64,000 nt of DNA from Thermoplasmata archaeon (GTDB lineage Archaea; Thermoplasmatota; Thermoplasmata; RBG-16-68-12; JAFNFQ01): NCBI GenBank assembly GCA_041489255.1, contig JBGPQV010000006.1:1-64000 (forward strand), written 5' to 3'. Shown here in pieces: positions 46,198-56,561 of this stretch. Numbering within the stretch: the first letter of the stretch is position 1; each line of letters opens with the position of its first letter. A program made the position numbers and the translations under genes. A model generated the notes under the pieces. It saw nothing but the letters and a program-made list of their open reading frames with translations. It had not been told where the DNA came from and did not search any database.

Positions 46198-49100
46198 CTA
46201 CGAGAAGATGTTTAGGACAAGTGCTCCCACGCCGAAACCAACACCGATTCCACCCACGAGTTTCGCGCCGGGGTTACTCGCCGCGAGACACAATGCATCG
46301 AGTCCGGTTCCAGTCAAATCCAGACCCAGTCCCGTCATTCCATAGTTTCGCCGTTCCTCCTCAGTATATTGCGGATTTGTGGCCATGGCGCTAAAGACAA
46401 CTGAGACCATCGTTATGACGATGCCTGCTGCCCCAATCACGCCGACCTCCTTCCCCGCCACCGCTCCGAGAATGGCATAGATCATCGAGATTACGCCGAA
46501 GATTACGCCGTACATAAAAACAGCGAAGTATGGTGGTGGCTCCCACCAACCCCTAGAACCGTAGATATCAAGGGCCAAGCTCTGGTCGTTGGTGTTGTCA
46601 AAACGACCATCGTCGTTACCCCCCATAGCCACCGCTATGACGGATGAAATAAGCCCTGCGATCAGACCGATGATGACGTCGAACACGAAGCTGAACGCAA
46701 ACAGGACATAAAGAATGGCACTCACCAACATGGTTATTCCCGAGATCACAGCCACCATCGTCATGAACTCATTCGACATCAATGCTTTGATCACGAGAGA
46801 CACTGCCAGCGCGACATTCGATTCAACGAAAGGTGGTGAATGTCTCTTGAAAACCTGTTCGACTGCGCCGACCACATTGGCCGTCCAGGCATTGAGAGCA
46901 TTTGCTACCGGGCTGAATAGGAATTCAGCCGTTGCTCTAAAAGCATTCACTATCAGGTCCACCAAGAAGCTCAGCGCCTTCGCAATCAGGTCGACGAACG
47001 CCGCCGCCACGCTCCCGAACCATCTGACGAGGTCGCCTATGAATACGAGAGGGCCCCTCTTCTCCTGCTCCCAGGGCGGGTTCATTGCGTTCCCAGAGAT
47101 GTCCCTGGCGTCGACCCTCACAATGTACTTGTCGAGCGTGTCGGTCCAGTAGTCTATGTCTATCTCTGCTGTGAACCATTGATCCCCGGTTCCTGAGAAG
47201 GACGCGGACCGCCAGTTGTCGGTCACAGTCACCATTACGGTGTAAGCGGCAACGTCTAAGACGCGGACCCTCACCTCCGTCCAGGAGCGGCATACCTGCC
47301 ACAGGACGCACCAGCCCCACGTCTCGCGACTCTCGACGTAAGCCTCCAGGAGGAGAGGAGGTATCGTCTCGCGGATGAACGGGTTGAACTGGTCCTTTAT
47401 CATCGACTCGTTCCTCCCGTGGTAGTAGTTGTAGAACTGCCTTGCAGGCGAGCCCACGGTGGCGTTGACCGGGTCTATCTCGTCCCTGTCGAATATGCCG
47501 TCCTCGTCGAGGTCGAGTAGCGTCGCGTTGTCGGGAGCGCTGTACTTGCCCCACGGATGCCCTTTCACGACGAGCTCCTTGGACTTGAGGTTCGTCCCTT
47601 CGTACCACGTGACCGTCACCTTGTACCCGTACACCTCCTGCCCGTCCGAGGCACCGTCACCGTCGCAGTCGTAAACGAGGGGGTTCGTATTCCATCCCCT
47701 CTCGCCGTGGAACTTCGCCTGGCTGGATGGCTGCTCTTCGTAAGGAATCCCCTTGCCGATCCAGGCGGTGAACAGGGGACTGTAGATGCTCATCGTCATG
47801 GTCTCTCCATCTATCAATCCATCCCCGTCCGTGTCTGGGCTGGCGACGGCGGTGCCGTTGACCAGTTCGCCGTAGTTGCTCTCCCCGTCGCTGTCGAAGT
47901 CGCCGTAACGGCCTTGGGCCCCGTTGCTCTCGGCGTACCAGTCCATGCTCCAGTTGGCGAGGCGGAAGTAGTGGCGGGTGCCGGAGTGGAGTGGGTCGAG
48001 ACCCTGTGAGTACTCCCATCCGTCCTCAAAGCTATCCCCGTCCGTGTCGCTCTGATTCGGGTTCGTCTTCAGGTAGAACTCCTCTCCAGTCGTCAGCTCA
48101 TCTTCATCGAGGTCACCATCGGGGCCTTGGTCCTTGTCCACAGTGCCGTTGTCCGTGGGATCCATCCCATACCGAACCTCGTATCCGTCTGGCAGACCGT
48201 CGTCATCGGTGTCGGCATCGGTCTGATTGCTGGCACCATCTGGTGCGTCCAGTTCTCCCCTAAACCATTCTCCGAAGTAGACTATGCCGCCAGCACGGAA
48301 CTTCTCGAACAGGGGACCAGATGTCAAGTGAATGTCTTCGCCGTCAAGTAGCCCGTCGTGGTCCGTGTCGAAGTCGAGCGGGTCTGTCTTGGCGGTGCCG
48401 TTGGCCTCTGCCCCGTCCTGCAGTCCGTCGCCGTCAGTGTCGCTGAGCAGCCTGTTGGTCCTGAAGCTGGTCTCACCCAGGAACCGCCATTTGTTCTCTC
48501 CCGCGCTGACGCGCAAGACGCTGTTGTTCATCATCATCCAGTAGCCGTCCGATCCTTCTTCGTAGACGATGCTGTACCCGTCGGACAGCCCGTCGTTGTC
48601 CGTGTCGGGATCGTAGTACAACGTGCCCAGCTTTCTCTCCCACCCGTCAAGCAGTCCATCGTAATCGCCGTCAGCCACCAACGGGTCCGGGTCCAAGGAA
48701 TCGATGCTCTGGTCGTTGTCTGTGTCGATGTCAACAGGCGAGGTCTGCTGCATCCCGGACTTGCTCGTGTTCAAATCCGTGGTGAGTTCCCTCCAGTCGG
48801 ACCAGTCATCGTTGTCGGAGTCGGGGCGGATTGACGAGGTGTTGCTCGCATACCTCTCCGCGAAGTCGGTCAGATTATCGCCGTCGGTGTCCCTGTCTCT
48901 CGGGTCGCTGACGTACGGCCAGAGGTCTATCTTGAGATTCCGAAGAGTGAGCTTCCCCGCACTCTCGGTGCTGAATCTGAGCGTGAGCAGACCCGAAGGG
49001 TGCATGAACAGTTCGGAGTTCAGCTTACCGGCAAGATCTAACGTGGTATCGGTGCTGCTGAACTCGCCGTCTTGCCACCACCATGAGGAGTTCGTATCGT

Positions 49101-52100
49101 CTCCGACGTACATCTTCGGGTTGGTTACGTGAGACGAGCTGTAGTATGTCCTGAATCGGAAGTCCCAGCTGCTGTCATCGCTCGCCCTTCCGCCACCATA
49201 ACCACCCGGGCTGGCGTAGTACCAGTACACACAATCATAATCGGGATAACCTCCGACTATCAACTTCAGCTTGTAGACCTCGCTGGGCGTGATGGAGAGC
49301 GCTGGGCTGAAATAGAAATCCCGCCATTGCTGAGTATGGCCGCTGTGACCCAAAGGCACGCCCGACGAGCGTCCGATAAACGAGTCGGACGAGTCGAGAA
49401 CATCAACGAGGACGGAAATGCCCTCCCAAGTGCCGACATATGCCCCGAAGAAAAGCTGAACGCGCACAAGACTCGAAACTGAAGGCGTGAAACTCTGCCA
49501 ATGCGTCGAATCGGAGCCCTCTATCTCGAGAATCTCACTGCCCGTCTGCTGAGCCTGATCGAGAAGGTAGGTCGTCCCGCCATCTATGTCGACGGTTGCC
49601 TTGTAGATATACCGTTTCACTGGTCCCGACACTGGTAGCTGTATCTGGACATTCTGACTTCCAGGACCAGAGAAATCCAGAGACAACGTGGATGCTCCTC
49701 CGTAAAACGTGGTGACGTGCAAATTGTCAATCGCCACAAGCAGGACCTTGTCCACGTAGACCGGGTCACCGCTCTCCTGGGTTCCCTTCACGGTCGTTGC
49801 TCCATCACGGACAAGCTCGAGATCCTCGCTGGAGAACCACTGGTATGTCTTGTTGTCAACATCAATCTCGGTGACATCCCCATTCCAGTCGATCTTCAGC
49901 ATGCCGCAAGTCCCACTCCAAGGACATCGCGCTTTCACCAGCAACTTGTAAGATTGGGTAGCATAGCCAAGATGCCACTCCACCTTGAAGATCTCACCGT
50001 TTGTCTCCGTCGCCTTGGCCGCGAATCCCTTGCTCGCGTTGCCCGCAGAGTCATTCACGCTCACGCCGGAGGTACCTTCAGTGTAATTCTCTGCCTCCCA
50101 CCAGTACACTCCAGAAAGCCCCTCGTCTCCGTCAGTCAGGTTGTCGCCGTCAACATCGGGATTCAAGGGAGAGAGACCGTTCCACCAGGGCCCGCTCACA
50201 GGAACAGACCAATCCCCGGGCTTCATGTAGTTGTATTCAACCAAGTTCGTCGCCCCGTCCTTGTCTGGATCGCCATCGGGGCCATTGCGCGCGGTACCGT
50301 TTTCGTTCCTGATCTCGTAGGTGAAGTCGGCTTTGCGTACATAGAGAGCCGTCCCGTCGTCCAGCAGGTCGATGCCGAAGGAATACTCCCAGCCATCCGG
50401 CAGAGCGTCTCCATCTGTGTCCCAGTCGGAGGGATCCGACGTGAGCTGATACTCCCTGAGGTTCGAGATGCCGTCGTTGTCTTCATCGTCGAGCGCGTCC
50501 GAGGGGTTGAGCGGGTCAAAATCAAAGCATATTTCGTAGCCGTCCGGCATGCCGTCGGCGTCCGTGTCAGAGAGCGAGGCGTTCGTGCCCAGGTAAAGTG
50601 CCTCGATGCCGTCCTTGAGCGTGTCTGAATCAGAATCGTTGCTCACGGGACTCGAACCAGAGGAAAGCTCGCCGACGAACCTGACGGTGCCGTTTCCATA
50701 GTTTATGTAGTCTATGTCCCCCATCGATCGGAAGTACCAGAAGAGCTCGGACCCGTACGTCGTCGTCACGTTGTACCCGTCGATCAGATCGTCATCGTCG
50801 CTGTCGGGATGCTTGGGATCGCTCTTGAATCCGACCTCAAGTCCGTCAACGAGACCGTCATCATCCCAGTCCGCGTCGGCTGGATCCGTGTTCTCTGTGC
50901 GATCCACGACAGTACCGTTGGGGAGAATCACCTGGATTTGGTAGCCGAAGATTTCTTGCATGTCGCTCAGTCTGTCACCGTCCGTGTCGCTGAGGAGCGG
51001 GTCTGAACCCACGTCTCCTTCTCCAACGAACGTGACCGTACCGTTGCCGTTGTCGATGTACGGCAAGTGGTAGCCCTCGTAATACGAGAAGTCCGCCGAG
51101 TTGTTGCCAACTGTCTTGTTGGTTCCGTCGAGAAGTCCGTCCGCGTCAGAATCCGGGTGCCACGGATCCCTCCCAAGAAACGACTCTTTGTTATTGTAGC
51201 CCGGGAGAGGTTCGTTGGTCGCGTCGATGTCCGAGCTGTTGTTGGGGGTGAAGCGATAGTACGTCGCTCCTTCGCGCCCCCACACGTAGATTTCGTCTGC
51301 TTTGTTAGACCGGAAGACTGGCGCGCCGTCTGTCAATGTATGTACTTGGTCCCAGTCAAACGCCTTGATGTTCGCGTTCTGGCCTCCTGAGGTCAACCAG
51401 ACTATTCGGTCATCCCACACGTTTGGCATCCAGCCTCCGGAAACAAGCTCGGTCCGGGTTCGCGTCGTGATGTTGTACAGCACGACGGTCGCGCTTGAGT
51501 TCCACGTATCTTGCCAGACGACGTTTTCACCCGAGAGTTCTGGTTCCTCGCTAGATGCGTTGCCACTGCTCAGAGTCCTCACTTCGTTACTCCTCAGGTC
51601 CAGCAGGTACACGTTGCTGCTCGTGTTCGACCCATATACATCGTTCCACACGACATCGTCTCCCCATAGCCGAGGATGTTCCAGCTCCGTTGAGCCCCGC
51701 ACGAGATATCTGCCGCCGCTCGGCTCGTGGAGGTACAGTCCGTAAAGGCCCTCCAGCTTGTCGATCCAAGCCACCCTGTTGCCAAACACCACTGGCCCAC
51801 GTCCGCTTTCATTTACGAGGGAGGGGGCTCCGACAGACGAATTGGTCAGCTTCGACTCAGTCCCGCTCGGGATGTCGTATGCGTAGACATCCCATCGTTG
51901 TCCGTTTGTCTCGTTCCCGTTTCTGGAATCCGACCATACGACCGTCCTCCCGAAGACGGAGGGGTAGCGCTGGTCGTGACTTTCGTTTGTCAACCGGGTC
52001 GTGTTCCCTGTCGTAATGTCATAGAGATAGATGTCCCAACCGGCACTTGCATTCCTTGCGTCCTCCCACACGACATAGTTCTCCCAAATGGATGGTGCCG

Positions 52101-55100
52101 TCTGGTTGCCCGAATCGGTCGTGATTCTGGTTTCCACGTTAGATGATAGGTTGTGGAGATAGACGTCCCAGCCGGCGCTCTGGTTTCTCATGTCGGCCCA
52201 GACGATCAGGTCTCTCCATATTCTTGCGGCGGAACGTTCTGCGCCGCCTGTCGTCACGTCTGCGTCGATGTCTCCTGGGGTTGACATGCCATATTTCCTG
52301 TTACCTGTGTCGTTCAGGTAGATCCATTTGAACCCTTGCTGGGTTCCATAGCTGCCCGTCTCCTTTGCACCCTTGCTGACGTTCGTCCTGAACCGGATAG
52401 ACAGGAATTCCTGGCCGTCTGGCCGCCCGTCCTTGTCCCCGTCAGCCACACGAGGTTTCGTGCCATAAGCGTACTCTTGAGCGTTCGTCAAGCCGTCCGA
52501 GTCGGGGTTCTGGTCGCCGTCCGCAACACTGGGATTCAAGTCGTAGTCCGGGTCGCTCGCCAGGTTCTTCATTTGCCTCTCCCAGCCGTCGGGCATAGTG
52601 TCGCCATCTGTGTCAGGATTGAGCGGGTTCGTCCCCTCCGACCTCTCTCCGAATCGTGGAGTCGTGCATCTGCGGTACCACGGCTGGATCGTGTCCACGG
52701 TGGTGCCGTCCCAGAGACCGTCACCGTCTGTATCGAAATTCAGCGGATCTGTTCCGATGCTCAACTCCCCTTCGTGGTATTCCCCCAAGTAGCTGCCGCT
52801 GTATCCGTCCCAGAGCCCGTCGCAGTCTGTGTCTGGCATTGTAAGGTTAGTGTGCGTGTTGTTCCATTCGGAGTAATCCCCAGCCCCATCTCCATCTGTG
52901 TCTACAGCGAAGGGGTTGCTTCCGATCCCCAGTTCGTCGCCATCCAGCAGCCCGTCATTGTCTACGTCCGAGTCGAAAGGATTGAGACCTGACCGCGCAA
53001 GAGCGAGAGAAGTAAAATTGAGGGAGACATTGGCGTCGAGTTCGAGCGAATTGAGAGTGTATCTAGCGGTGTATGTGCCCGCCGTGAGGTGCATGGCGTT
53101 CATGTAGAGCCATGTGTCGTTGGAGAATACGCGTCCGTCGGATGACGAAGAGTTGAGAACAGAACCTTCCAGACGGTAGCCGAGGGGGGTCCAGGTCAGG
53201 GGAGGCTGTCCGCTTATGCAGCTCTCCTGAGTCCCCTTGCACAGCTTGACGATAGACGAGTTCTCCAGGTAAGTCTCGTCCTCGCCCAAGATGTGCTTCT
53301 CGTCCCATAACCTTGAGGAGTTGTAGCGAGACTCGTTTCTGCCGACGCTGGAAGAGAAATGCCAGCGGAGCATGTAGTCGTCTTCAGCGAGAATAACGAA
53401 CTCACCAGTTGCGTTCCCACTGTTGTCGACTAACTCGTTCATGTCTTCCCTGTAAACTGTTATGTAGTCCACCGCCTCATAGTCGCTTGCGCCGTCGGCG
53501 TCCCAGTCCGCTTCGTCCGGATGCGTCCCGATGGCCACCTCCATTCCGTCTGTCAGGTGGTCCCCGTCTACATCGGCGTTCTTGGCGTTTGCAATGGCCA
53601 GCTGTAACCAGTCTGAGTGTTGCAGCCAGTATCTGTCCTTCCAATAATCGACCTCCGCCTTGTCGTGCAGTCCGTCCCCGTCGGTGTCGTTGCGAAGGGG
53701 TGCCAGACCCCAGCAATACTCAACCGCATCGGAAAGCCCGTCCATGTCCACGTCGTCGGTCAGCAACATCAGGGTTGTCCTTGCCCACGCCTCAGCGCCA
53801 TCAAGTCGAATCCTGAACTCGCCTGGATCCCTGAACACCGTCCCGTTCGCCGTTATGGCCACTTCGGGATTCTTCTCACCTTGGGCGAGATTCAGGTCGA
53901 AAGTGAAATTGTACCAGACCGAAACGTTGGCGAAGCTGTTTCCAAGGCCTGCTGTGCTGAAAGCTGCACTGTACGGCAATACCGTCCCCCAGCTTGACTG
54001 TGTCTTCAAGGTGAGATTGACCGCATTAGATAGGTTGCCTCCTGAGGAAGCGTTCGTCCAGGCCACAGCATGAATGGAGACGGTGATGTTGCCTGACGGG
54101 AAAGTTGAGAGATCGAGGGAATCGCTGGAGTCGGCGTGGTAAATGGATTCGCTCAATCTGAGATAACCGACCAGGAACGCCGTGTTGTATTCCATTGCGT
54201 CATTCAACCCGTCTCCGTCCGTATCCCCATTCGTCGGGTCGCTGTGCATGTTCATCTCAGTGCCGTCGGGTACGCCGTCATCATCCGTATCGCTGTCGAG
54301 AGGATCGGGTATCTGCAGAAGACCGAGGCTGGTCGAGGCGCCTTCCATTGCGAACTCGGGGTATCTGTATCGGTCCCCTCCCTGGCAGGAATATCCGTCG
54401 CACGGATGCTCGTACACTGGATAATCGTAGACAGCGGAGTCATACGCCGGGAAGTAGTCGAACTTCAGCTCGCGACCGTCATAGGCAAAGTCGTTGTCTG
54501 AGTCCTTGTCGAGGATGTTCGGCACCCAATCCCCATCGGTGTCGACCGAGGTCGCGTCGAGATAGCGGCTGTTCAGGTAGATGAGTTCGAGCAGATCTGA
54601 CACCCTGTCATCGTCGGCGTCTTTGAGATTGGGATCGGGGTCAGAGAGGGCGGCTGGCAGCAGTGATGCGTTGACCTTGATGCGGACGTTAGAGTTCTCC
54701 AGAACGAATTCCTGAGGCTGTCCGAGGTTTTCCTTGTCGACCGTCAGCAAGAACCGGCCGGCAAGGCTGCCGTCTCGATTGTAAATCTCTATGGGCGTCT
54801 GGTGAACGACATACGCCTTCGAAATGCTTTCGTCGATGGCTTGGCCCTCGCTAATGTATGAGTTCAGGGAAGCCGGAACGCGGTATCCCGCGTGCGGGAA
54901 GATCTCGCCGTTGGCCAGGTGATACCGGCTCATGACCAAGAACCATTCAGTATAGTTGTACTGCCGCTTCGGCTCGATGGAGGTCAAGATGAGCTGGACG
55001 AGGCTGTTGTTGGTCCCGTCTCGCAGACCGTCGCCGTCTGTGTCAGGATTCCCCGGAACGGTTGCATTCTCGAACTCGCCAATGTTGGCCAAGCCGTCGT

Positions 55101-56397
55101 TGTCAGGGTCGCCTTGCGCACCCTCCGTTCCGTTGGGGTCATAGGGATCCAGCCCGTTCTCAGTCTCCCATACGTTGGGCAGTCCGTCCCCGTCCGTGTC
55201 ATTGGAGAGCCTGGGGGAACTGACGAACACATCTCGTGACAGTCTATTGTCCTCTTTCTCCTCTTCGATGAGATTGCGATCGTCCACAACCACATGCAGC
55301 CGATGATTCCCATAGTCCCCCCACGTGTTCCAGGCTAGCGAAACGTATGACACCTCATGCGGGTTCAACGTCAGGGTCGTGAAGTCTCTCCATCCGTCCA
55401 ATTGATCGACGAAGAGCGCAACCCGCGCCCTCTCTGCCCTCCCCTCGCCTATGTTGGTCACCCTCGTTGTCACCTGGACAATCTGGCCTTCCACTGGGTC
55501 CGGGTCGGAGAGGTTGAGGACAGGCGGGCTTTGAATCAGGTCTGGCAATGGTGCACGCACTGGATATGCGCCTGCGCCCAAGTCATAGAATGCGACCCTG
55601 TAGCGCACCGAGTTCTCCGTTCTCAAGCGGAACGTGTCCACGCCAGGGGGCAGCGTCACGTTTACATAGCCGTCCTCCACGAAGCCCCACCTGGATACGT
55701 TGCCTCCTTTCATCGCCATGTACTCTATTCTGGCGCTCGTGGGAGAGGTCACGATTGCTGTATGAGAATGCCCAGTGGGAAGAAGAATGACGCTGCGCCA
55801 GCCCTTCACAGACCCATCAAAACGCTGATACTCGTCCCAGTAAGTGTATCCAGCCGCGACAAATGCATTCAGGGTGTTGTTCATCCGGCCGTCGTAGGGC
55901 ACCTTCTCGAGAGTCAGGAATAGGCCTTGAGCGAAGAACGAGAGCGTGACGTCATTCGGAGCGGGAATGGAGAACACGGTCGTACCGGTTTCGATGTCCC
56001 CGTAGAACAGGCCATTCACTGTCAGGCCAGTGTAGTAAGTTCCCGCCTTCACGAATCTTGCTTCGAGGGTGACGTTCGATGTGATGTTGTACACGTGCAG
56101 GAATACCATATCAGGCCCTGCGTAGAACTTCGAATACGGCAAGGCGGATAGATTCACGTACTCGTTTATCTGTCCCCTAGCCTTCATCGTCACCGATAGA
56201 ATCATCAACATGGTGGCCGTGACAGCGAAGGCGACTGGTCTAAGCCGATTCCTCCGCCACGCCCGCCTGCATTCTAGGGCATTCTCACCCGTTGCACGAA
56301 CATCTTCAACTCCCGGAAAACAGCTCCCTGCGACCGCGTTCAACGAGCTCATATCGATCCTCCTCTCTCTGCGAACGATTCCTCCTTCTCGCAGCAC
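46198..56397 (-). CDS. Giant (3399 aa) surface/secreted protein: CARDB, many DxDxDG Ca-binding (TSP3-like) repeats, beta-propeller, hydrophobic multi-helix C-terminus
   Basis: Dozens of D(T/S)DGDG repeats; VW.D.RN..WD.YLY propeller repeats; G/A/V-rich hydrophobic C-terminal helices. Start uncertain. Confidence 0.88.
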   Translation of the reverse strand: MLREGGIVRRERRIDMSSLNAVAGSCFPGVEDVRATGENALECRRAWRRNRLRPVAFAVTATMLMILSVTMKARGQINEYVNLSALPYSKFYAGPDMVFLHVYNITSNVTLEARFVKAGTYYTGLTVNGLFYGDIETGTTVFSIPAPNDVTLSFFAQGLFLTLEKVPYDGRMNNTLNAFVAAGYTYWDEYQRFDGSVKGWRSVILLPTGHSHTAIVTSPTSARIEYMAMKGGNVSRWGFVEDGYVNVTLPPGVDTFRLRTENSVRYRVAFYDLGAGAYPVRAPLPDLIQSPPVLNLSDPDPVEGQIVQVTTRVTNIGEGRAERARVALFVDQLDGWRDFTTLTLNPHEVSYVSLAWNTWGDYGNHRLHVVVDDRNLIEEEKEDNRLSRDVFVSSPRLSNDTDGDGLPNVWETENGLDPYDPNGTEGAQGDPDNDGLANIGEFENATVPGNPDTDGDGLRDGTNNSLVQLILTSIEPKRQYNYTEWFLVMSRYHLANGEIFPHAGYRVPASLNSYISEGQAIDESISKAYVVHQTPIEIYNRDGSLAGRFLLTVDKENLGQPQEFVLENSNVRIKVNASLLPAALSDPDPNLKDADDDRVSDLLELIYLNSRYLDATSVDTDGDWVPNILDKDSDNDFAYDGRELKFDYFPAYDSAVYDYPVYEHPCDGYSCQGGDRYRYPEFAMEGASTSLGLLQIPDPLDSDTDDDGVPDGTEMNMHSDPTNGDTDGDGLNDAMEYNTAFLVGYLRLSESIYHADSSDSLDLSTFPSGNITVSIHAVAWTNASSGGNLSNAVNLTLKTQSSWGTVLPYSAAFSTAGLGNSFANVSVWYNFTFDLNLAQGEKNPEVAITANGTVFRDPGEFRIRLDGAEAWARTTLMLLTDDVDMDGLSDAVEYCWGLAPLRNDTDGDGLHDKAEVDYWKDRYWLQHSDWLQLAIANAKNADVDGDHLTDGMEVAIGTHPDEADWDADGASDYEAVDYITVYREDMNELVDNSGNATGEFVILAEDDYMLRWHFSSSVGRNESRYNSSRLWDEKHILGEDETYLENSSIVKLCKGTQESCISGQPPLTWTPLGYRLEGSVLNSSSSDGRVFSNDTWLYMNAMHLTAGTYTARYTLNSLELDANVSLNFTSLALARSGLNPFDSDVDNDGLLDGDELGIGSNPFAVDTDGDGAGDYSEWNNTHTNLTMPDTDCDGLWDGYSGSYLGEYHEGELSIGTDPLNFDTDGDGLWDGTTVDTIQPWYRRCTTPRFGERSEGTNPLNPDTDGDTMPDGWERQMKNLASDPDYDLNPSVADGDQNPDSDGLTNAQEYAYGTKPRVADGDKDGRPDGQEFLSIRFRTNVSKGAKETGSYGTQQGFKWIYLNDTGNRKYGMSTPGDIDADVTTGGAERSAARIWRDLIVWADMRNQSAGWDVYLHNLSSNVETRITTDSGNQTAPSIWENYVVWEDARNASAGWDIYLYDITTGNTTRLTNESHDQRYPSVFGRTVVWSDSRNGNETNGQRWDVYAYDIPSGTESKLTNSSVGAPSLVNESGRGPVVFGNRVAWIDKLEGLYGLYLHEPSGGRYLVRGSTELEHPRLWGDDVVWNDVYGSNTSSNVYLLDLRSNEVRTLSSGNASSEEPELSGENVVWQDTWNSSATVVLYNITTRTRTELVSGGWMPNVWDDRIVWLTSGGQNANIKAFDWDQVHTLTDGAPVFRSNKADEIYVWGREGATYYRFTPNNSSDIDATNEPLPGYNNKESFLGRDPWHPDSDADGLLDGTNKTVGNNSADFSYYEGYHLPYIDNGNGTVTFVGEGDVGSDPLLSDTDGDRLSDMQEIFGYQIQVILPNGTVVDRTENTDPADADWDDDGLVDGLEVGFKSDPKHPDSDDDDLIDGYNVTTTYGSELFWYFRSMGDIDYINYGNGTVRFVGELSSGSSPVSNDSDSDTLKDGIEALYLGTNASLSDTDADGMPDGYEICFDFDPLNPSDALDDEDNDGISNLREYQLTSDPSDWDTDGDALPDGWEYSFGIDLLDDGTALYVRKADFTYEIRNENGTARNGPDGDPDKDGATNLVEYNYMKPGDWSVPVSGPWWNGLSPLNPDVDGDNLTDGDEGLSGVYWWEAENYTEGTSGVSVNDSAGNASKGFAAKATETNGEIFKVEWHLGYATQSYKLLVKARCPWSGTCGMLKIDWNGDVTEIDVDNKTYQWFSSEDLELVRDGATTVKGTQESGDPVYVDKVLLVAIDNLHVTTFYGGASTLSLDFSGPGSQNVQIQLPVSGPVKRYIYKATVDIDGGTTYLLDQAQQTGSEILEIEGSDSTHWQSFTPSVSSLVRVQLFFGAYVGTWEGISVLVDVLDSSDSFIGRSSGVPLGHSGHTQQWRDFYFSPALSITPSEVYKLKLIVGGYPDYDCVYWYYASPGGYGGGRASDDSSWDFRFRTYYSSSHVTNPKMYVGDDTNSSWWWQDGEFSSTDTTLDLAGKLNSELFMHPSGLLTLRFSTESAGKLTLRNLKIDLWPYVSDPRDRDTDGDNLTDFAERYASNTSSIRPDSDNDDWSDWRELTTDLNTSKSGMQQTSPVDIDTDNDQSIDSLDPDPLVADGDYDGLLDGWERKLGTLYYDPDTDNDGLSDGYSIVYEEGSDGYWMMMNNSVLRVSAGENKWRFLGETSFRTNRLLSDTDGDGLQDGAEANGTAKTDPLDFDTDHDGLLDGEDIHLTSGPLFEKFRAGGIVYFGEWFRGELDAPDGASNQTDADTDDDGLPDGYEVRYGMDPTDNGTVDKDQGPDGDLDEDELTTGEEFYLKTNPNQSDTDGDSFEDGWEYSQGLDPLHSGTRHYFRLANWSMDWYAESNGAQGRYGDFDSDGESNYGELVNGTAVASPDTDGDGLIDGETMTMSIYSPLFTAWIGKGIPYEEQPSSQAKFHGERGWNTNPLVYDCDGDGASDGQEVYGYKVTVTWYEGTNLKSKELVVKGHPWGKYSAPDNATLLDLDEDGIFDRDEIDPVNATVGSPARQFYNYYHGRNESMIKDQFNPFIRETIPPLLLEAYVESRETWGWCVLWQVCRSWTEVRVRVLDVAAYTVMVTVTDNWRSASFSGTGDQWFTAEIDIDYWTDTLDKYIVRVDARDISGNAMNPPWEQEKRGPLVFIGDLVRWFGSVAAAFVDLIAKALSFLVDLIVNAFRATAEFLFSPVANALNAWTANVVGAVEQVFKRHSPPFVESNVALAVSLVIKALMSNEFMTMVAVISGITMLVSAILYVLFAFSFVFDVIIGLIAGLISSVIAVAMGGNDDGRFDNTNDQSLALDIYGSRGWWEPPPYFAVFMYGVIFGVISMIYAILGAVAGKEVGVIGAAGIVITMVSVVFSAMATNPQYTEEERRNYGMTGLGLDLTGTGLDALCLAASNPGAKLVGGIGVGFGVGALVLNIFS

Positions 56398-56561
56398 GCC
56401 GGTGATGGCAAGAAATGCACTTAAGCCTTACGGATGTCCGTCCTGGAACTGGCAGCGGCGACCACGTGATGGGGTGTTGGTGTTCTGGCATCCGCTTCTT
56501 GACTCGAAGGACTGTTCTGAGCGGTCATATCTTGGGCAGTTACATGACGGCCTGCCGCTTG

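Noticed and set aside
46198-56397. DxDxDG repeats or the 45111 duplicate as a diversity-generating retroelement
   Set aside because: No reverse transcriptase, and the mismatches between the copies are not adenine-specific.
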